A stretch of DNA of 36,620 nt, taken from the IMG/VR virus record IMGVR_UViG_3300022833_000028, positions 1-36,620 of that record. The stretch is one strand, 5' to 3'. Position 1 is the first letter of the stretch; each line of letters begins with the position of its first letter. The notes under the pieces are model-generated. The model searched no databases, was not told the DNA's origin, and worked only from the letters and a program-made list of their open reading frames with translations. This document shows positions 9,510 through 16,710 of the stretch, in pieces. A program made the position numbers and the translations under genes. This DNA comes from a virus (lineage: Duplodnaviria > Caudoviricetes).

Positions 9510-10295
9510 ATGGCTTGGAATGGGATTGAAAAGGCGCAAACGGTTTTGCGTATGGTGGCCGTGTATGACGGCGCAATTGATGGTGACGTGGGGCGGCTGT
9601 CTTTGGCGGCTGCTGAGCGTGTCGAGGGCACGCGGTTTCTGGACAACGGCCGCCCGATCACGGCGGCGCGGATCGTTATTGCGGCGGCGCAAATCGCCTT
9701 GGCGCAGGCGGGCCACGCGGTTGGCGGCGCTGATGGCTATTGGGGGCCGTCCACCGATGCCGCCTATGAATTATGGGCGGCGGATCTGGCGGGCGTGCCG
9801 CTTGTGGATCGCACTGGTGAAACCTCTTGGGGCCGCGCCGGTGATCTTGTCCGCCGGTATGGCGCGCCGGGATCCGCGATTTGCACGCAAGGCAAGGTGC
9901 GGCCGCCTTGGGCGATGGTTTTGGCTTGGGATGAAAGCCAATCGGTTTCCACGATTAGTTGTCACGCCGAGGTTGCGGGATCCTTGGGCCTGATCTTTGA
10001 ACACATCGCGGACACGCACACGCCCGCGCAAATCGAGGCCTTGGGGCTGCACCTTTACGGCGGCTGCTACAATGACAGGTTGATGCGCGGCGGCTCTCAA
10101 AAGTCGATCCACGCGTGGGGCTTGGCGCTGGATTTCGATCCCGCGCACAACCGCCTGCATTGGGGCCGTGATCGCGCCCGGCTGGCCATGCCGGATGCGG
10201 ATCGCTTTTGGCGGATCTGGACGGCCGAGGGCTGGACAAGTCTGGGCCGCGCAAAAAATTATGACTGGATGCACGTTCAGGCCCCGGCGCTGTGA
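9510..10295 (+). CDS. Endolysin, peptidase M15 family with N-terminal peptidoglycan-binding repeats
   Basis: IDGDVG and ADGYWGPST binding motifs; R.MRGG...SxHAWGxAxD and DWMH zinc motifs; GAGG RBS. Confidence 0.9.
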   Translation: MAWNGIEKAQTVLRMVAVYDGAIDGDVGRLSLAAAERVEGTRFLDNGRPITAARIVIAAAQIALAQAGHAVGGADGYWGPSTDAAYELWAADLAGVPLVDRTGETSWGRAGDLVRRYGAPGSAICTQGKVRPPWAMVLAWDESQSVSTISCHAEVAGSLGLIFEHIADTHTPAQIEALGLHLYGGCYNDRLMRGGSQKSIHAWGLALDFDPAHNRLHWGRDRARLAMPDADRFWRIWTAEGWTSLGRAKNYDWMHVQAPAL

Positions 10296-10621
10296 TGTGG
10301 CGGTTGGGTGCGGCCTTGGCGCTTGTGGCGGCTGTGGCGGGGGCTGGGGCTGCGCTTGATCGCAATGGCTACGCACGCGGCGCGGCCGAGGCCGAGGCGC
10401 AGGGCTTAGCCGCCCGCGCCGCCTTGGCCGATCTGGTCGCGGTGCGCGATGCGGCCTTGCGCGCCGCTCTTGAAAATTTGGCGGCGGCGCAAGTGCAGCG
10501 CGGGCCGCGTGTGGAAGGTTTAGAAAATGAAGCGTTTGCAGATGATGGGGCCGATGGCCTTGGCCTTGGTTTTGATGGGGTGCAACGGCTCGGCACCCGG
10601 TGGGGTGGCAGTCCCGATTGA
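10292..10621 (+). CDS. Inner-membrane spanin (Rz-like)
   Basis: N-terminal TM followed by Ala-rich coiled coil, right after the endolysin. Confidence 0.7.
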   Translation: MMWRLGAALALVAAVAGAGAALDRNGYARGAAEAEAQGLAARAALADLVAVRDAALRAALENLAAAQVQRGPRVEGLENEAFADDGADGLGLGFDGVQRLGTRWGGSPD

Positions 10622-10817
10622 TCGCCTGCCGGTGGCGGCGGTGCGGCCCTGCCTTGGCCCGGTGGACTACATCGGCCGCGATGCCTTGGCCCGCGCGCAA
10701 CTTGAGGTGGCGGTGGGGCGGATGGGCGATGAATTGATGCGCTGCGGCGCTGAAAAGGCGGCGGTGGTCGCATGGGCCACCGGCCTGCAATCGGATTTGA
10801 TGGGGGCTGCGCCATGA
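10527..10817 (+). CDS. Outer-membrane spanin lipoprotein (Rz1-like)
   Basis: Signal peptide with lipobox LMG-C; overlaps the 3' end of the i-spanin in another frame. Confidence 0.75.
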   Translation: MKRLQMMGPMALALVLMGCNGSAPGGVAVPIDRLPVAAVRPCLGPVDYIGRDALARAQLEVAVGRMGDELMRCGAEKAAVVAWATGLQSDLMGAAP

Positions 10818-12481
10818 CGTTCCAAGCCATGCCGGTTGAGCGGCAACGGCGGATCAAGGCCGCGATTGAAGCGGCGTTACGCGACGGGTTCAACCCGCGT
10901 GGCCAGCGCGGCGGCAAGGGATCCGCCCTAACCGAAGCGGCCCGCCGCATGACGGTTGCGGGCCATGATGAAACCGGGCGCAGTTTGGCCGGGTTCCTGC
11001 GCACGCAAGAAAAGCGGCAAGCCTCGGGCACGGAGCACTACGCCCCGGATTGGTCGCTGTATGCGCGTGCCGGTGTGGCCCCCGGCAAGATCCGGCGCGG
11101 CCAAGTGCGGCGCTGGATCCTGACGGCGGCGCAGGATGATACGGACGTGCACCCGCGCTTTTTTGCCAACCTGCAAGCCTATGCGCAGGCGATGGATGCC
11201 GAGTTGGTCGTGGCCGGTTTCACATATCAAACAATCCGGCACTCTGACCGCATGACGCTAACCGGCACCTACCGGGCCGAGGTGCGGCCCTATCTGCGCT
11301 TTGACCGGATGGAGTGCGGCCCGGTGCTGTTTTGCGCTGAAATGAACACTTTGCCAACGGCGGTAAAGCCGCTTTCCGGTTTGGATAGCTACAGCCAAGG
11401 CCGGGACGCGGTTTTTCCGCACGCCAAAATTGCCTATATCACGGTTCCGCAAATGCCGGGCCAGCACGTCCCAAGCCTTATGACCACCGGCGCGGTGACG
11501 GTGCCCAACTATGTGAACAAAAAGGCGGGCCTCAAGGCCGAATTCCACCACATCCTTGGGGCCACGATTGTGGAAGTGGATGCGGATGACAACGCGTGGT
11601 GCCGCCAGATTAGCGCCACCCCGGACGGCGCGTTTCAAGATCTTGATTTCAAAGTAAGCGCGGGCCGCGTGTCCGCCGGGCACCGGGTCAAGGCCGTGAC
11701 CTTTGGCGATATCCATTTGCCGAGTGTCGCGGATGTTGTCTTTGAAAATCTATGGGGCGCGCGCGCGGATAGCCTGATGGAACGGCTGCGCCCGCAAACG
11801 CAATTTTTCCATGACCTGCTGTCCTTTGAAATGTCGTCCCGCCACGTCGATCAAGATCCGCTGCATTGGGCCTATATGGTGCACCGGGGCTTGCATGGGA
11901 TTGAGGCGCATATTGCGCACGGTGCGGCCTTTATGCGCAGCACGGCCCGCGATTTCTGCCAAACGGTCATGGTGGAATCCAACCACGATGATCGGTTGAA
12001 ACAGTGGACGCGCCGCGATGCGGACCGCCGGGATATCGCCAACGCGTCATATTGGCACCTTTGCAATATGACGCAATTGGATGCTGAGCGGGACAAAATA
12101 GACAAGTTTAATCTGCTGCGTTGGGCGCTTAAACGCGCGGATCCGCAAGATCTGGACGGGATCGAATTTGTCCCAATGGGCGGATCTTTCGTGATCTGCC
12201 AAGATAGCGGCGGCATTGAATGCGGGATGCACGGGCACCAAGGCCCCAACGGATCGCGCGGCACCGCCTCGGGCTTGGCGCGCATGGCTACGCGGATCAC
12301 GATTGGCGACAAGCACTCGCCCGAAATTGTCGATGGTGTCTATGTCGCTGGCATGACCGGCGCGCTTGATCAAGGATACAACACAAGCCCGACAAGTTGG
12401 CGGCGCGCGCATGTTGTGGCCTACGCCAACGGCAAGCGATCAATCATCACGCAAGCGGACAATGGGCGGTGGTGCGCGTGA
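10814..12481 (+). CDS. T5 A1-like nuclease (calcineurin-like metallophosphoesterase C-terminal domain)
   Basis: ILTAAQDDT.VH..FF.NL.AYA N-terminus; GDIH, HDLL, SNHD, HGHQG, GDKHSP and Y.NGKR motifs. Confidence 0.7.
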   Translation: MTFQAMPVERQRRIKAAIEAALRDGFNPRGQRGGKGSALTEAARRMTVAGHDETGRSLAGFLRTQEKRQASGTEHYAPDWSLYARAGVAPGKIRRGQVRRWILTAAQDDTDVHPRFFANLQAYAQAMDAELVVAGFTYQTIRHSDRMTLTGTYRAEVRPYLRFDRMECGPVLFCAEMNTLPTAVKPLSGLDSYSQGRDAVFPHAKIAYITVPQMPGQHVPSLMTTGAVTVPNYVNKKAGLKAEFHHILGATIVEVDADDNAWCRQISATPDGAFQDLDFKVSAGRVSAGHRVKAVTFGDIHLPSVADVVFENLWGARADSLMERLRPQTQFFHDLLSFEMSSRHVDQDPLHWAYMVHRGLHGIEAHIAHGAAFMRSTARDFCQTVMVESNHDDRLKQWTRRDADRRDIANASYWHLCNMTQLDAERDKIDKFNLLRWALKRADPQDLDGIEFVPMGGSFVICQDSGGIECGMHGHQGPNGSRGTASGLARMATRITIGDKHSPEIVDGVYVAGMTGALDQGYNTSPTSWRRAHVVAYANGKRSIITQADNGRWCA

Positions 12482-12756
12482 TCGGCCGCCGCGCAGATTT
12501 GCACGGTGCCGGGGCTGCTAAGCGTGCAGCGCGCCCCGCGACGGGGCAAAGCCGCATCGCCTCGGCCGTGGAAGCCTCGGCCAATATGGCGGCCGGGCTG
12601 GCGGTGGCCTTTGCGGCCAATCTGCTGATTTTGCCCGCCTTGGGCGTGCCGGTGTCCCTGTCGCAATCGGCGCAAATCGCGGCCGCCTTTACGGTGGTTT
12701 CTCTTGTGCGCAGCTATGTGCTGCGCCGCTTCTTTAATTTTCTAGGGGGTCGCTGA
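12478..12756 (+). CDS. Small phage membrane protein (DUF7220-like); start uncertain
   Basis: QSR..S..EA..N...G...FT..SL.RSY.LRR.F motif with two TM segments. Confidence 0.7.
   Translation: MIGRRADLHGAGAAKRAARPATGQSRIASAVEASANMAAGLAVAFAANLLILPALGVPVSLSQSAQIAAAFTVVSLVRSYVLRRFFNFLGGR
12484..12527 (+). promoter_or_regulatory. Repeated bipartite promoter-like motif, copy A (upstream of ssb and dNMP kinase)
   Basis: GCGCAGATTTGCAC-N13-CTAAGCGTGC; 12484-12504 is 20/21 identical to 14165-14185. Confidence 0.6.
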
Positions 12757-13278
12757 ATGGCGGGCACTGTCAACAAAATAATTCTGATTGGGCACTTGGG
12801 CGCGGATCCCGAGGTGCGGACATTTAGCAACGGCGGCAAGGTCTGCAATCTGCGCCTTGCCACGTCTGAAAGCTGGAAAGATCGCCCCACCGGGGAACGC
12901 AAAGAAAAAACCGAATGGCACACGGTGGCCATTTTTCAAGAGGGCCTAGTTGGGATCGCTGAGCGGTTTTTGAAAAAAGGCGCAAAGATCTATCTTGAGG
13001 GCAAATTGCAGACGCGCAAATGGCAGGACCAATCCGGCGCAGATCGCTATTCCACGGAGGTGGTTTTGCAGGGTTTTAACTGCGTCCTAACAATGCTGGA
13101 CGGGGCCAAGACCGGCGGCGACGGCGGCGGATCCGGTGGCGGATATGGCGGCCAAGGCGGCGGCAACTATGATCCGGGCGGGCACGACACCAACGGCGGC
13201 GGCCGTGAAAATGGCGGATCCGGGCAAACCTCAAATGGCGCAGGCCGAAAGGATATGAATGATGAAATCCCATTTTAA
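12757..13278 (+). CDS. ssb: Single-stranded DNA-binding protein
   Basis: [13 protein letters not shown] and TEWH OB-fold motifs; Gly-rich linker; C-terminal DEIPF. Confidence 0.97.
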   Translation: MAGTVNKIILIGHLGADPEVRTFSNGGKVCNLRLATSESWKDRPTGERKEKTEWHTVAIFQEGLVGIAERFLKKGAKIYLEGKLQTRKWQDQSGADRYSTEVVLQGFNCVLTMLDGAKTGGDGGGSGGGYGGQGGGNYDPGGHDTNGGGRENGGSGQTSNGAGRKDMNDEIPF

Positions 13279-13786
13279 ACTTGAGCCATTTGTGGACGCC
13301 TCGCGGCCCAAGGTTCTGATCATCGGCCACGGCGGATCCGGCAAGGATACGGCGGGCGAATTGATGCGCGATCATTTCGGGTTTCGTGTCACCTCAAGTT
13401 CTGCGTTTGCGGCGCGGTGCGCTGTCTATCCGCTGGTGTCTGACCTCTACCCGGATTGGCGCGCCTGCTATGCGGACCGGCGCAATCACCGGGCGTTGTG
13501 GTTCCACGCAATCCGCGCCTACAATCTGCGCCCCGGCCTGATGTTGGCTGAGCAAATTTTGCTGGATCACGATATCTACACCGGGATGCGCAGCCGGGCC
13601 GAGTTTGAATTGTCCCGCTCTTGCTTTGATTTGGTGGTCTGGGTGGATGCGGCGGACCGCGTGCCGCCTGAGCCTGCGGCCTCTATGGAATTAACGGCGG
13701 ATGATGCGGATTGGGTGCTAGATAACAACGGCGCGCTAGATCGCCTTGAGGCCGAAGTCTTGGCAAATTTCACCGGCCAAATGTGA
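13259..13786 (+). CDS. Deoxynucleoside monophosphate kinase-like P-loop kinase
   Basis: [11 protein letters not shown] Walker A; GMR..AE; D.VLDNNG.L..L C-terminus typical of phage dNMP kinases. Confidence 0.7.
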   Translation: MMKSHFKLEPFVDASRPKVLIIGHGGSGKDTAGELMRDHFGFRVTSSSAFAARCAVYPLVSDLYPDWRACYADRRNHRALWFHAIRAYNLRPGLMLAEQILLDHDIYTGMRSRAEFELSRSCFDLVVWVDAADRVPPEPAASMELTADDADWVLDNNGALDRLEAEVLANFTGQM

Positions 13787-13794
13787 ACACTAAA

Positions 13795-13828
13795 GGGGGC
13801 ACGGCGCGCTGTCGCGTGCGGTGCCCCC
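13795..13828 (+). terminator. Hairpin after kinase gene (possible terminator)
   Basis: GGGGGCAC...GTGCCCCC stem with an inner stem; no clear U tract. Confidence 0.4.
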
Positions 13829-13961
13829 GATCTGCCCGGTGATTTCGTGCACGGATTTTGCACGGATCTTTCGCGCAAAGCGGTTGATTGGGGTCAATTG
13901 CGGTTAAAACAACGGCCCCGCAAATCCGCACAAAAAAAACGCAATCTTTGTGCACTTTTCC

Positions 13962-13992
13962 CTTGTTTGCATAGGCCGCCTGCGTCTATAGA
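13962..13992 (+). promoter_or_regulatory. Sigma70-type promoter in front of the tRNA half
   Basis: CTTGTT-N18-CTATAG(A), ending 7 nt before tRNA position 1. Confidence 0.55.
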
Positions 13993-13999
13993 CGGCCTC

Positions 14000-14042
14000 G
14001 GAGACGTGGTAGAGTGGTCGAATACACGCCCCTGCTAAGGGC
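14000..14042 (+). tRNA. tRNA-Ser(GCT), 5' half only (att core, not a full gene)
   Basis: GGAGACG-TG-GTAGAGTGGTCGAATAC-A-CGCCC-CTGCTAA-GGGC gives the acceptor 5' strand, D arm and anticodon arm; no variable arm, T arm or 3' acceptor strand follows. Confidence 0.85.
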
Positions 14043-14164
14043 AACACCTCGCCCCCCTAACCCCCCATAATCATTACACAATAAGCGCCCCCGGATTTGC
14101 CGTGCACGGATTTTGCACGGATCCGCGCAGCCCGCCGGTTTTTGGGCACCGCGGCGCATTTTTA

Positions 14165-14209
14165 GGCCGCCGCGCAGGTTTGCACCCCGGCCTGCCCCCT
14201 AAGCCTGCC
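14165..14209 (+). promoter_or_regulatory. Repeated bipartite promoter-like motif, copy B
   Basis: GCGCAGGTTTGCAC-N13-CTAAGCCTGC, about 27 nt upstream of ATG 14236; overlaps a GC hairpin on its 5' side. Confidence 0.65.
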
Positions 14210-14235
14210 ACAGTTGTAAAACCCAAGGGGATGAT

Positions 14236-14619
14236 ATGAGACAAATCGAAATCGCACCCGCGCGCCAGCACGGCAAAACCATGAAACAAATGGCGGCGGC
14301 GGAATTGAAGCGCGCGGCGCAAGAGTATGGCGAACACTACCGCCCCGGCGGCGTGCCGCGCTTGGAAAGCATCGGCAACACAAAACAGGACCGGGCCGCC
14401 CGCCAAGCCGCCCGCCAAGCCGAGGTCCGCGCGGACCGGGTGGCCCGCGTGATGGCGGCCTTGCGCGCCGGGGGTAGCCTTAGCCAAATGGCCCTGCGCA
14501 TTAGTTGTTCCATGTCTAATGAAGGCGTGGCCGAGGCGCTGGCGCAGGCGCTTGCAACGGGCAAAATCGCCCGCGCAAAGCCCGGCCGATATTTTAAATA
14601 TGCTTTGGCGGCGGCCTGA
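14236..14619 (+). CDS. Hypothetical protein, possible C-terminal winged helix
   Basis: AAGGGG RBS; SLSQMA...V.EAL..A...GKI.R...GRY..Y pattern. Confidence 0.6.
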   Translation: MRQIEIAPARQHGKTMKQMAAAELKRAAQEYGEHYRPGGVPRLESIGNTKQDRAARQAARQAEVRADRVARVMAALRAGGSLSQMALRISCSMSNEGVAEALAQALATGKIARAKPGRYFKYALAAA

Positions 14620-14762
14620 TGGCAAAACCAACGCCCGCCGCATTGATCGTGATCTATCGCCGGGTTCTGGTGAAATATGACGCGGCGGGGGATCCTATGG
14701 CGGCGGTGCAGCGCCGCTTGATCGCGGCCCTTGAGGCCAAGATAATGGCCCCAAAAAAGTGA
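14619..14762 (+). CDS. Small hypothetical protein (47 aa, not in ORF track)
   Basis: TGATG coupling; MAKPTPAALIVIYRRVLVKYDAAGDPMAAVQRRLIAALEAKIMAPKK; followed by a hairpin. Confidence 0.55.
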   Translation: MAKPTPAALIVIYRRVLVKYDAAGDPMAAVQRRLIAALEAKIMAPKK

Positions 14763-14768
14763 AAGGAT

Positions 14769-14831
14769 CTGCGCCGCGCATTTAGTTTGCGCGGCGCAGG
14801 TTTGCACCCCGGCCTTGCCCCTATGCCTGCC
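14769..14831 (+). promoter_or_regulatory. 12-bp hairpin overlapping repeated promoter-like motif, copy C
   Basis: CTGCGCCGCGCA-N7-TGCGCGGCGCAG; GCGCAGGTTTGCAC-N13-CTATGCCTGC; 14794-14831 nearly identical to 14172-14209. Confidence 0.65.
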
Positions 14832-14861
14832 CCCAACGCAATTGAAAAACAGGGGGCCGCA

Positions 14862-15452
14862 ATGGCTGTTCACAACTTTGCATTTGATACCCAAGGCGCG
14901 GGCGATTTTGAAACCACCGCCTATCCGCTTGGCGATGCGGCGGGCCACGGCCTGACCCTCAAGTGCCAAACGCTAGGCGATGGCACCCGCTGGATGGCCG
15001 CCACGATCACGGCCCCCGATGCGGCCGAGGCTGTCGCGGATCTGGCCAAGGCTGCGGCGGATCGCGCCGGGCGCGCCTTCACCGGCCCCGCCACGGCCGC
15101 CGCGCAAGAGGAATGCGATTGGCACACCGCGCAGGCGATAAAAGAGGCCGAGGCCGAGGCGGCCGAGGGGGTGGCCCGGATCAAGGCCGTGGTGCAGGCG
15201 GGCACGCGGGCCGGTGCGCGCAAGGTTATGACGGCGGCCGAGGGTGAGGCGTGGAAGGATAACAACACCACCGCCGCGCAGCGCATCGCCACCTGCAAGG
15301 CCGTGCGCGCCACGATCAAGGCGGCCGCGGATGCCCGCGCGGCCGAGGCCGTGGCCTACCCAATCCCGGATCCCGATTTTGGCGGCGTGGTGGCCCTTGC
15401 GGCGGCGGCCGCCTGCATTGTCTTAGGCGTGGGCGTAGGGGTGATGCTATGA
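14862..15452 (+). CDS. Ala-rich hypothetical protein with C-terminal TM anchor
   Basis: AGGGGG RBS before ATG 14862; hydrophobic C-terminus. Confidence 0.6.
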   Translation: MAVHNFAFDTQGAGDFETTAYPLGDAAGHGLTLKCQTLGDGTRWMAATITAPDAAEAVADLAKAAADRAGRAFTGPATAAAQEECDWHTAQAIKEAEAEAAEGVARIKAVVQAGTRAGARKVMTAAEGEAWKDNNTTAAQRIATCKAVRATIKAAADARAAEAVAYPIPDPDFGGVVALAAAAACIVLGVGVGVML

Positions 15453-15553
15453 GCCGCACCCCTCGCAACGCGGGCCGCATGGCGCATCTTGCCCTGCCCT
15501 TGTCCCTCGGCCTTGCCGGGGCCGTGCTTTGCACGCTGGCGGTGGCCCTGTGA
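15449..15553 (+). CDS. Small membrane peptide (34 aa, not in ORF track)
   Basis: ATGA and GTGA overlaps at both ends; MSRTPRNAGRMAHLALPLSLGLAGAVLCTLAVAL. Confidence 0.55.
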   Translation: MSRTPRNAGRMAHLALPLSLGLAGAVLCTLAVAL

Positions 15554-15975
15554 TCCGCGCGCAGGCATGGCCGCCCGCGATTGTTTATATCCGCGACCCC
15601 GGTGATCGGCGGTGGGCGAAACAGCGCGGCCCGTTTATCGCGGTGCCCTATGCCCCCTCGGCCGCAATCATGGCGCATGAATCGCACCACGTCGCGCAAT
15701 GGTGGGCAATCACGCTGGCCGCCGGGGCCGCGCTGGCCGCGCTGGCCGTCGGGGTGCCTGCGGTGCCGCTGGCCGTGGTCGGTGTCGCCCCCGGTGTGAT
15801 GGGGCTTTGCATGTTGATCCCGGCCTTTCGCTTTGCGGCCGAGGCCCGCGCCTATGCCGCCGGGGCGCGCATCGCCCCCGAATTGCTGGACGTTTACGCC
15901 CGCGCGCTGGCCACCGGATACGATACCGGCCGTTCGCTGGATGAATGCCGCGCCGCGATCATCGCGCGCCTTTAA
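15550..15975 (+). CDS. Membrane-associated HExxH zinc-peptidase-like protein
   Basis: HESHH, then a TM hairpin, then EARAY (candidate third ligand). Confidence 0.6.
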   Translation: MIRAQAWPPAIVYIRDPGDRRWAKQRGPFIAVPYAPSAAIMAHESHHVAQWWAITLAAGAALAALAVGVPAVPLAVVGVAPGVMGLCMLIPAFRFAAEARAYAAGARIAPELLDVYARALATGYDTGRSLDECRAAIIARL

Positions 15976-16001
15976 TTTCTTAACCCTGCATTGGAGAAAA
16001 C

Positions 16002-16262
16002 ATGCAAACCGATAATTTTAAAGACTATCAAGGCGGCCTAACCGGTCCCGCCACGCGTCACTTTGCCATTGTGCCCGATGATGCGGCCGATCTGCCAACC
16101 TTGCCCCGCGTGATCTATTGCAACGCGCAGGGCGCGGCCATGATCCGCGACGCGGCCGGTGTCGATCTGTCCTATAACTTGGTGCAGGGCCAAACCTTTA
16201 TCTTTCGCGGCGTGCGGATCTTGGCCCTCGGCACAACCGCAAGTCTGATCGGCTGGACCTGA
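16002..16262 (+). CDS. Head spike base protein (RcGTA Rcc01079-like)
   Basis: 86 aa D.F......L..PA...FAI.P.D..DL....R.IY....G......R..RI.A.GTTA..LIG signature; GGAG RBS. Confidence 0.75.
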   Translation: MQTDNFKDYQGGLTGPATRHFAIVPDDAADLPTLPRVIYCNAQGAAMIRDAAGVDLSYNLVQGQTFIFRGVRILALGTTASLIGWT

Positions 16263-16699
16263 TGGCCCGCACGCTGATTTTTACGCCCTTTGATGCGGTG
16301 CAAGAGTTTAACTTATCGCTAACCCGCGATGAAAAATTGATTTTGGCGATTTCTACCGCAGCGCCGGATCTGGCGCTTAGTATTTCCAAAACAGCGGGCG
16401 GCGATCCATTGGTGGAATTGCGCAGCGCCGGGGGCGCGTTCACGATTACCCCGGCGGCTGTCGCTACGCTGATTGAGGGCCAGCTTTATCAGCACAATAT
16501 CTGGGATCTGTCGGATCCGTCGGACCCGGTGCGCCTCGCCTTTGGGACGCTGAAATGCGGCGCGTCTATCGCCCCCCTTGGCGTGACCTATGCCACGGCG
16601 ATCCTTGTCGGCGGCCTCGCGGCTGTGGTGCTGACGGCGGCGCAATATGAGGCGTTGGATCTAAAGGATCCAGCTACTCTTTATTTTATAGTGAATTGA
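16262..16699 (+). CDS. Putative spike/fibre adaptor protein
   Basis: Ends in LT.AQY.AL..KDP.TLYFI, a motif seen in phage fibre-linker proteins; TGATG-coupled. Confidence 0.55.
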   Translation: MARTLIFTPFDAVQEFNLSLTRDEKLILAISTAAPDLALSISKTAGGDPLVELRSAGGAFTITPAAVATLIEGQLYQHNIWDLSDPSDPVRLAFGTLKCGASIAPLGVTYATAILVGGLAAVVLTAAQYEALDLKDPATLYFIVN

Positions 16700-16710
16700 G
16701 GAAAAAAAAT

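Larger units (their letters stand above)
13846..14123. mobile_element. Putative attP: arm-type repeats flanking a tRNA-Ser core
   Basis: Identical 23-mers CGTGCACGGATTTTGCACGGATC at 13846-13868 and 14101-14123, each a TGCACGGAT tandem; IHF-like site at 13877-13889; tRNA fragment between them. Confidence 0.75.

Noticed and set aside
9771-11031. 339-aa and 220-aa reverse-strand ORFs
   Set aside because: Shadows of the endolysin, spanin and A1-like genes, which have clear motifs and coupling
14000-14090. Complete phage-encoded tRNA-Ser gene
   Set aside because: No variable arm, T arm (GTTCRA) or 3' acceptor strand; only the 5' half is present
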